A stretch of 64,000 nucleotides of DNA from positions 96,001-160,000 of the forward strand of contig JBBRNJ010000002.1 of NCBI GenBank assembly GCA_038230375.1, given 5' to 3'. A program made the position numbers and the translations under genes. The notes below the pieces were generated by a model. That model saw nothing but the letters and a program-made list of their open reading frames with translations. It searched no databases and had not been told where the DNA came from. The stretch's first letter is position 1, and every line of letters starts with the position of its first letter. This document shows, piece by piece, positions 57,056 through 64,000 of the stretch. This stretch comes from Polyangiales bacterium. GTDB lineage: Bacteria; Myxococcota_A; Polyangia; Polyangiales; Polyangiaceae.

Positions 57056-59179
57056 TCACTTGAAGCGCATGCAGCGCGCGCCCATGGAGCCCGACTTGTA
57101 GCGCGGCGTTGTCTGCTGGTTCTTGTGGTGGATGATGCTGCCCCACTCGACGCCGTACCCGCGGTAGTCGAAGCGAATGACCTCACCCCTCTTGAGCACG
57201 GCCTCCTGCAGGTTGCCGACCATGTCCATCCAGGGCTCGTCACCGGCGGTCTTGACGACCGCATCATTCGCGACGCGTCCAGGGCTGGTGATCTTGCTGG
57301 AGTCGTCAAAGTCGTTGTCCACGCCCGGGTAGTAACCGGCCTGGTCTGGCATGTTGTAGCAACCCTGCGAGCCGTCCGAGAACGAGTTGACGTAGCCCGC
57401 AGCGCCGCTGTACGCGCCCGTGTAGCCAGCACAGCAGGGACCGCAGCTCGAGTTGCCACCGACGTACTTGCCGGTGAGCACTGGAACACCGCTCACATAA
57501 ACGGGCTGCACCGAGTTGCCGGTGATGTAGTCCATGACCTCGGCGGTCGCGAGCTGCCCGCCGTCCCACGCGCAGAACGCCGCGAAGAGCGCGTTCGGCG
57601 AGCAGTTGAGCGCCTTGTCGTCCAGGATGTCCTGGGGGTAGTTCTTGCCGACGCCGCCCGAGATAGCCGCGATCGTCGCGGCGTCGAACCAGTAGGTCGA
57701 GTAGCCGTACTGGCCGTGACCGTTGCCGCAGTTGAGCGCGTGCGCAGCTGCGTAGTCGGGCGTGGGCCAGCCTGGCCCGGTGTTGTAGTCCGGAAACAGG
57801 TGGCCGCCGCCAAGCGCGAAATCGACGCCGACGTCCTGCATGAAGCTACCGGTCGCGACGCTCCACGAAGGGCTCTGCGTGGGGAAGTTGGCGAGGAATT
57901 GATCCTGTCCAGGCGCAAGCAACGCATTGCCGGCGGGTGTCGGGTTGGTGGTTGTCCACGCCGCCATCGACCCCGTGAAGTTGGTCGGCAGGTAGTTCTC
58001 CCAACCGTTGTTCCAGCGCGTCGGCCTGTGAGCGGCGGTGTACGTCTTGATGTCCGGCGCGCCTCCGTTGCCGTTCGCGATCGATGTGACGAACGCACGC
58101 ATACGGCCCGCAGTGATCTCGTACTTGTCGACGTAGACCGCCTTGCCCGGCGCCGCCACGTTGTCTGGATAGCCACTCACGAGGAGCGACTTGCAGCAGG
58201 TCTCGTGACCAGCCACCACGGTGCCCGCGGCGGTCATGTGAGAGGGAGTACCGACGACGTTGTTGTACTCGCCAAGACCACACGTCTGCGTTCCGTGGAG
58301 GCCGCCCTTGCAGCTGGCGCCGGGGGAGCACCGGCTCTTCGAGTCGCAGATGGTCGACGTGCAGTCCTTGTCGACCTTGCAGCCGAGGAACCAGTCGCAC
58401 GCCGGTGACTTGGTGCCTCCGCAGTTGATGTCGGTCTCGTCGCCGTCCTTGGTGCCCACGACGTGATCGCCGCAGATGCCTGCGTTGCAGTGGCCCCAGA
58501 AGCAGTCACCGTCGCCGCCGCATTTCTTGCCCTTGTCGCAGAGCGGGGCATTCGTGGGCGCGGTGCCGCCGCAGTCGATGTCCGACTCGGTGCCGTTCTT
58601 CACGCCGTCCATGCTGGTGGGCCCGGCGCAGAGGTTGTCCTTGCCGCACACGCCGCTGTCGCAGTCCGCGCCGGTCTTGCAACCACCGGCCAGCGCGCAC
58701 TTCGGGCATGTCGGGCCGCCGCAGTCGACGCCGGTCTCGGCGCCGTTCACGAGCTTGTCGGTGCAAGACGGGCCCTGACAGGTTCCCGTGCATACTGCAT
58801 CGACGCAGTCTGCCGGCACGGTGCATGTCTTGCCGTCGACGCAGGGCGTACAGGAGCCGCCGCAGTCGAGGTCCGTCTCGTCGCCATCCTTCGAGCCATC
58901 GCTGCAGCTCGCCGGCGGCACGTTGCACACGCCGTTGGTGCACACGTCGCCCTTGATGCAATCCTGCGCCGTCTTGCAGGCCGCGCCGGTGGGACACGGC
59001 TTCGTGTCGCGACCGCAGTTGCCGCCGTCGACGGTGGGGGTGGTGATCACGCCCGCGTCGCCGTCTGTGTTGGTCGGATCTGGATTCGAGTTGGTGCTGC
59101 TGCCTCCGCTGCACGCAGCGATGAGAGCGGCCACGAACGCACTACTCAATGCAGGGACCAAGAGGCGGGATTCGCGCAT
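57056..59179 (-). CDS. Cys-rich repeat lipoprotein with C-terminal FGE/C-type-lectin-like domain
   Basis: Lipobox IAAC; four (D/N)GxE(T/S)x(L/V/I)(D/N)CGG repeats; VDKYEIT, AFCAWDGG, DMVGNLQE, GARCMR. Confidence 0.82.
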   Translation of the reverse strand: MRESRLLVPALSSAFVAALIAACSGGSSTNSNPDPTNTDGDAGVITTPTVDGGNCGRDTKPCPTGAACKTAQDCIKGDVCTNGVCNVPPASCSDGSKDGDETDLDCGGSCTPCVDGKTCTVPADCVDAVCTGTCQGPSCTDKLVNGAETGVDCGGPTCPKCALAGGCKTGADCDSGVCGKDNLCAGPTSMDGVKNGTESDIDCGGTAPTNAPLCDKGKKCGGDGDCFWGHCNAGICGDHVVGTKDGDETDINCGGTKSPACDWFLGCKVDKDCTSTICDSKSRCSPGASCKGGLHGTQTCGLGEYNNVVGTPSHMTAAGTVVAGHETCCKSLLVSGYPDNVAAPGKAVYVDKYEITAGRMRAFVTSIANGNGGAPDIKTYTAAHRPTRWNNGWENYLPTNFTGSMAAWTTTNPTPAGNALLAPGQDQFLANFPTQSPSWSVATGSFMQDVGVDFALGGGHLFPDYNTGPGWPTPDYAAAHALNCGNGHGQYGYSTYWFDAATIAAISGGVGKNYPQDILDDKALNCSPNALFAAFCAWDGGQLATAEVMDYITGNSVQPVYVSGVPVLTGKYVGGNSSCGPCCAGYTGAYSGAAGYVNSFSDGSQGCYNMPDQAGYYPGVDNDFDDSSKITSPGRVANDAVVKTAGDEPWMDMVGNLQEAVLKRGEVIRFDYRGYGVEWGSIIHHKNQQTTPRYKSGSMGARCMRFK

Positions 59180-59440
59180 CAGAAAAGCATACCCAACATC
59201 TAGGGCGGGGAAAGGTCGAAGGTGCAATTTTACGATGAACTCATAATCGTCGCCACGTCCCCGCCACCTCCCGCCAGGAACTGCCTTCTTTTGTGTGATG
59301 GATCAAAGAGCCATCACCCATTCACGTGACGTCAGTGGCGGTCGCGATCTGCCGCCGGTCCGGTTGGCACGGTCGGTCCGCGCCTGATGGCGGCGCGCGG
59401 AGGCCGCCGTCCAGGCAGCCCTGGCCCTGGACGCGCTACC

Positions 59441-61159
59441 TCACTTCGGCGGGTTTCCGGGCGACTGCCCGATTGCGCGCGCGGTGTCGGCCATGTCTGC
59501 GCTTCGCTTCTGCGCCAGCGCCTTCAGCGCGGGATCTGCTGTCTTCGCCGCAACGTGATCGAAACGCTCCTTCAGCTTGACGAAGAACGGCGCGTTGGTG
59601 GCCATGCCCTCGGGCGGCGCGACGAAGGTCAGATACGCGGCGTCGTACTCCGCGTACGGCGCGTCCGGATCTTCGCGAGCCGCAAGGGCGTCGAGCTCCT
59701 TCGTGTCGCTCCACTTGAGCGCGCTGGGCGACGCCACGCGCATCAGCTCCACCGCCGACGCGGGGCCGCGCCGCAGCACGGCCGCGAGCGAGGCCTCGAA
59801 CCCGAGCGGCTGCGACTCCGAGAAGGTCGCGACCAGCGCGCGATCGAAGTCCACGCCGCGCACGTGCAGCATGCCGGACGCGAGCCGCGCGCGCGCGTAG
59901 AGCATGCGGGTGGGGTCCTCGGGCTTGATCTCCTGCCTGTTCGCGAGCCGGCCTTCCATCGACGCACGCGCCGCCGGCGGCATGCCGCGCATGGACCACG
60001 CAGTCAACGCAGCCGCATCGGGCGTGCCCACCAGACGATCGGCATAGAACGGCGGCAGCGCGGCGAAGAGCGGGTTCGGCGCACCTGTGAGCCGGGGCGG
60101 GAGCACAAGGCCCGAAAGTGCGACCATGCGCTTGCCCGCATAGAGAGTCTCGAGCAGCGTCCGCGCTTCGTCGACGCGTGTATCCTGCACATATCCGCAC
60201 TGCGCCAGCACCTCCAGCCCGAAGAGCGCGGCGTCGCGCCCGCGGGCCTTGCGCGGCTCCATCGCCTCGTCGAGGGCGCTGTAGTACACCGACGACAGCT
60301 CGCGGTCTGCCTTCCACTCCGCGGGGATGGGCGCCTTGCGCGCAAGGTCGACGAAGCGCATGTCCGCCACGCCGGCCTGCACGGCGGCGATGCCCTGGCC
60401 GCACGACTTCTCCCCCTTCGCGACGGACGCGGAGAGCGTCTCGATGGAGCGCGCCTCCTTCTCGAACCACGTCTTCATCGGACCCTGCAGGTAGGCCGCG
60501 ACCGCCTTTCGGTCCGCGGCTCCCTTCATCTCGGGCGGCGCAGTCACCATGCGCGAGAGCTTCGCGGCGTACGAGATCCCCACCAGCTGGTGGGCCACCG
60601 CCGGCTCCATGTTGGTAGGGTGCGATGCGAGCAGCGGATCCGTGAGCACGTCCGCGCACTCGACAGGCGCGAGCTCTGCGCGCAGCGCGCGAATCATTCC
60701 GGAAGGAGCGGCGGCACACGACTCGAGCCGCGCGAGGCTCGCGTTCCAGCCTGCCTTCGGACCCGACATGGCGCGCGTGAGCTCCGCACCGAGCTCGATG
60801 GCGTTCGTGCAGACGGGCGCCGCGGCCTTGGGATCTGGCTTCGGTGTGGCTGCGAACGCCGCGCACGTGGCCTTCGCCTTGGGCGCGAGCGGCGCGGCCT
60901 TGTCGAACGCGGACCAGTCGGGCGCGCTCTTCGGTGCGACCCACGCTGCGTCGGCGCGGAGATCCGCGGGCAGCGCAGAGCGAGGCATCTGCGCCGGCGG
61001 TGAGTCCCCAGGCTTCGGGGTGGCCGTGGTGTCCGTGGGCGGCGGCGCCGTCTTCGTGTCCGCGGGCGTCGCCGGCTGCTTCGGCGTGGTCTCCGCGCAG
61101 CCTGTGAGCGAAGCGAGCGAGAGGAGGGCAATGCAGGGAAGGAGGGCGAGCGATCGCAT
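59441..61159 (-). CDS. Hypothetical helical lipoprotein
   Basis: Lipobox LTGC, P/T-rich linker, paired Cys, Ala-rich body. Confidence 0.7.
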   Translation of the reverse strand: MRSLALLPCIALLSLASLTGCAETTPKQPATPADTKTAPPPTDTTATPKPGDSPPAQMPRSALPADLRADAAWVAPKSAPDWSAFDKAAPLAPKAKATCAAFAATPKPDPKAAAPVCTNAIELGAELTRAMSGPKAGWNASLARLESCAAAPSGMIRALRAELAPVECADVLTDPLLASHPTNMEPAVAHQLVGISYAAKLSRMVTAPPEMKGAADRKAVAAYLQGPMKTWFEKEARSIETLSASVAKGEKSCGQGIAAVQAGVADMRFVDLARKAPIPAEWKADRELSSVYYSALDEAMEPRKARGRDAALFGLEVLAQCGYVQDTRVDEARTLLETLYAGKRMVALSGLVLPPRLTGAPNPLFAALPPFYADRLVGTPDAAALTAWSMRGMPPAARASMEGRLANRQEIKPEDPTRMLYARARLASGMLHVRGVDFDRALVATFSESQPLGFEASLAAVLRRGPASAVELMRVASPSALKWSDTKELDALAAREDPDAPYAEYDAAYLTFVAPPEGMATNAPFFVKLKERFDHVAAKTADPALKALAQKRSADMADTARAIGQSPGNPPK

Positions 61160-61233
61160 CGCCCATGTCTACAAGGTCGAGCCCCTCACCTCAACGCGCC
61201 TTTGCGGTCTTCGCGCTTCGGTGGGACGTCGGC

Positions 61234-62229
61234 TCACAACCAGATGACGTGCTCGCGGACCAGGGTCGTCGGGGTCTTCGCGAACTTCGACTTGAACGAG
61301 GCGATGGAGAGGCGCTTTGGATCGGTGTCACCGTCCATCGGGATGCCGCCCAGGTCGAACAACGCGCAGCCCTGTTCGAGTGCCCACTCCGCCGCCGCGA
61401 CGAACGTGGGTGCGGCCTTGGTGAACTCGCGCTCGTCGCTGGACGATGCGCCCATCACGTACGTGGCGATCGCGCCGTGCTTCGTGATGAACGCGGCCGA
61501 CACGACGTCCCCCAGGTGCTCCGTCAGGAAGAGCGCCGCGCGATCGGGAGCGCGACGTAGGTGCATGCGTAGCGCCTCGAAGTACTCTGCCGACTTCGTT
61601 GGCCGGCGCTGGTCCTCCATCATCGTCGCGTACATCGCCTGGAGCGCGGCGACGTCGTCGGGTCCGCCCTTGCGCGCGGTCGCGCCGGCCTTCTGCGCGC
61701 CGTTTGCTTTCTGGCGCACGGCCTGCCCGTCCTTGCCCGCGAAGATCGCGCCCTTCGCCTTTCCGGTGAGCTGCACGCGCACGGTTCGAGCATGCGCGGA
61801 GGAGAACGCGTGATCGACGGAGAAGCCGGCCTCGGCAAGGATCGTCTCGGCCTTCGCGGCCTCTTCGTCCGCGAAGTACGGCATCACGCTCAGCCGGACA
61901 ATGCCGCGAGAGCGGGCCCTCTTGTGGAGCGCATCGAGCACCTGTCGGAGATCGGACAGCGCGCATACGGGACCGCGCTCGACGACGGCGGCAGGCAGGG
62001 GAAGGCGGAGAGGTCCGCGCGCGCGAAGCACCAGCGCCGAGCCCTTCACATCACCGGAGCCATCACGCGCCAGGAAGAACCGTGGGGAGAACGACCTTCC
62101 GGCGGTGCCCAGCTGCGCGTAGGCGGAAGCCTGTGGATATGCTCCATGCGGGCTTCCGTCGACGAAGGCGTCGTACAGGGCTTGGTCCGCGTCGCCCAGC
62201 GAGCGTGACCATGTGACTCGTAGGCCCAC
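61234..62229 (-). CDS. FemAB/FemX-like GNAT-fold aminoacyltransferase
   Basis: YDAFV...HGAYPQ, ERGPV, ATYVMGAS, FDLGGI, FKSKF. Start approximate. Confidence 0.8.
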   Translation of the reverse strand: MGLRVTWSRSLGDADQALYDAFVDGSPHGAYPQASAYAQLGTAGRSFSPRFFLARDGSGDVKGSALVLRARGPLRLPLPAAVVERGPVCALSDLRQVLDALHKRARSRGIVRLSVMPYFADEEAAKAETILAEAGFSVDHAFSSAHARTVRVQLTGKAKGAIFAGKDGQAVRQKANGAQKAGATARKGGPDDVAALQAMYATMMEDQRRPTKSAEYFEALRMHLRRAPDRAALFLTEHLGDVVSAAFITKHGAIATYVMGASSSDEREFTKAAPTFVAAAEWALEQGCALFDLGGIPMDGDTDPKRLSIASFKSKFAKTPTTLVREHVIWL

Positions 62230-62333
62230 AGCATGGCTCTTACCGCCGTTCACATGCGTTGAACAGCACGAGGAAATTCGGCCGTGAAGGGGCATGGACG
62301 ATCGGGCACGGATGGTGCTACGGCAAGGCTCTC

Positions 62334-63674
62334 ATGGCTTACGCCGACTCGGCAGAATCAACTTCGCAGGCCTCGCAAGGTGCAGACCCAGGGCCCAAGC
62401 CCGACCTGCGCGCGCAGCGCAAGGTCAGGGTCCTCTTCATCAACGACACCGCGCGTAACGGCGGCCCCGGACGCAGCCTCTATTACATCCTCAAGTTCCT
62501 CGACACCGACGTGATCCACAGGGCCGTGGTGCTTCCGCGCGCCGGTGTGATCAGCGAGCTCTACGAGGCGGAGAAGGTCACCGAGGAGCTCTTCTTCGAG
62601 CACCATCTGGTGGAGAATCCGATCGAGCCATTTGCACGCGCGATGGAGCGCGACGATTTCGATGCGACCACCGCGCGCAAGGCGCTCCGGCTTCTCGGCA
62701 ATGTGTACAAGGGGAGCTCGGCGATCGCGCGGCTGACGCAGCTGATCAAGAACGGTCGCTACGATCTCGTCTACTGCAACGGAACGAACGCGGACTTCGC
62801 GGGCGGCGCGCTTGCGTGGACGTCGGGCATCCCCGCGCTCTGGCACGTGCGGTACACGTCGCTCCCCGGGCTCGCGCGCCCCATCCACGACAGGCTCGCG
62901 GCGAGCCCCGGCGTCGCGCGCATCGTGTGCGTGTCGAACGCGGCGGCAGGGCTCTTCCCGCACTGCATGGACAAGGTGCGTGTGATCCACAATGCGCTCG
63001 ACATCGACGAGTTCGGCGCGAAGAACGTGACCCCCGTGCTGAAGACCGAGCTCGCCTTGCCGGAGGGCACGATCGTCTTCGGAAGCCAGGGCCGCATCCT
63101 CCCGCGCAAGGGCTACGTCGAGATGGTCCGCGCTGCGGGCATCGCCATCTCGCGCATGACGGACGACGAGAAGAAGAAGGTACACTTTGCGGTCCTTGGC
63201 GACACGCCACAGGACATGCGGCCCGATCACGTGGAGGAGTGCCGCGCGCTCACACGTGAGCTGGGCATCGAGAAGAGCTTCACGTTCACCGGCTTCCGCA
63301 AGGACGTGAAGCCCTATGTCGTGGACTTCGACGTAGCGGTCGTGCCCAGCGTCTATCCTGACCCGCTGCCGCGCGCAGTCATCGAGTCCATGGCGCTCGG
63401 CAAGGCCGTCATCGCGTTCGACGTGGGCGGTGTGGCTGAGATGATGAAGGACGGCACGACCGGGACCCTGGTCCGCGGCGTCCCCCCCGACGTCGCGGGT
63501 CTCGCGGAGCAGTTCTTGAGGTACGCTCGGGACCCTGAGCTTAGAGACAGGCAGGGCAAGGCCGGGCGCAAGAGGATCGAGGAGGAGTACGACGCGAGGA
63601 GACAGGCGCGTCGCATCCAGAACGAGATCGTCCGCGCGGCAGGGCTCGAGGCACGGGCTTCAGGAGCGTCGTGA
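62334..63674 (+). CDS. GT4 glycosyltransferase
   Basis: GGPGRSL, IHNALD, GRILPRKG, FTGFRKDV, PDPLPRAVIESMALGK, VGGVAE. Confidence 0.92.
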   Translation: MAYADSAESTSQASQGADPGPKPDLRAQRKVRVLFINDTARNGGPGRSLYYILKFLDTDVIHRAVVLPRAGVISELYEAEKVTEELFFEHHLVENPIEPFARAMERDDFDATTARKALRLLGNVYKGSSAIARLTQLIKNGRYDLVYCNGTNADFAGGALAWTSGIPALWHVRYTSLPGLARPIHDRLAASPGVARIVCVSNAAAGLFPHCMDKVRVIHNALDIDEFGAKNVTPVLKTELALPEGTIVFGSQGRILPRKGYVEMVRAAGIAISRMTDDEKKKVHFAVLGDTPQDMRPDHVEECRALTRELGIEKSFTFTGFRKDVKPYVVDFDVAVVPSVYPDPLPRAVIESMALGKAVIAFDVGGVAEMMKDGTTGTLVRGVPPDVAGLAEQFLRYARDPELRDRQGKAGRKRIEEEYDARRQARRIQNEIVRAAGLEARASGAS

Positions 63675-63680
63675 GAGGAC

Positions 63681-64000
63681 ATGAGCGAGCTATCGGACAA
63701 GCAGAGCTTCCTTCGAACCGTCGTCGAGAAGATCGTAGATTTTTCGTCGCGTTTTCCAGTCCTCGTGATGGTGCTTTCGCTCCTCGCGTTGTACGGCGCG
63801 AAGAGCTACACGGAGCGCCTCGAGCTGCGGACGGACTTCCGCGAGCTGCTCCCGCTCGATAGCCCGGGGCTGAAGGCGTACGAGCACCAGACCGGTCGCC
63901 TTGGCGGCGGAGCGTCGCTCATCGTTGTCGTGGAGTCGCCCGACAGGAAGGCGAACGAGAAGTTCATCGACGACCTTGGCGCCAAGCTGGACGCCGCGCA
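63681..64000 (+). CDS. MMPL/RND family transporter, N-terminal part (truncated by window edge)
   Basis: MSELSDKQSFL..TM..LELRTDFRELLPLDSP..LGGGASLIVVVESPD; SD GAGG; open to the window end. Confidence 0.75.
   Translation, partial: MSELSDKQSFLRTVVEKIVDFSSRFPVLVMVLSLLALYGAKSYTERLELRTDFRELLPLDSPGLKAYEHQTGRLGGGASLIVVVESPDRKANEKFIDDLGAKLDAA

Noticed and set aside
51068..59179. Diversity-generating retroelement targeting the two FGE/CLec-fold genes
   Set aside because: No reverse transcriptase and no template repeat matching either C-terminus was seen in the window.

Overview
High-GC bacterial chromosomal segment. Gene content (Hanks-type kinase, REC-DUF4388 regulator, Cys-rich lipoproteins, FGE-fold proteins) points to Myxococcota, probably Polyangiales; this is inference, not a database result. 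About 50 CDS are supportable. (1) 1-19.1 kb: a surface-glycosylation island with a HAD/class II aldolase fusion, a tandem double nucleotidyltransferase, two GT2s, three GT-C-like membrane proteins, a flippase-like protein, an unusual YvcK/CofD-GT2 fusion, a HAD phosphatase, a GlmU-like transferase and an epimerase. (2) 19-45.7 kb: signalling and housekeeping genes (SPFH, REC-DUF4388, Opp/Dpp-type ABC lacking ATPases, a sigma-region-4 HTH protein behind a long structured leader, purH, a Zn-finger ParA with an RHH-like partner, RluA, glgA, M1 peptidase, radical SAM, clpS-clpA, Ser/Thr kinase). (3) 45.7-53.6 kb: secreted esterases, TetR, a GNAT flanked by a MITE-like structured repeat, and a frameshifted lipase. 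(4) 53.6-64 kb: a second glycan locus (deacetylase-like, MurJ-like, two GT4, FemAB-like, MMPL). No rRNA, tRNA, CRISPR array, transposase or reverse transcriptase was seen. The best candidates for undescribed biology are the YvcK/CofD-GT2 operon, the TRASH-ParA/RHH pair, the sigma-4 regulator with its structured leader, and the 235-bp inverted-repeat element. All family calls are from motif recognition by eye, and several start codons are my reassignments.
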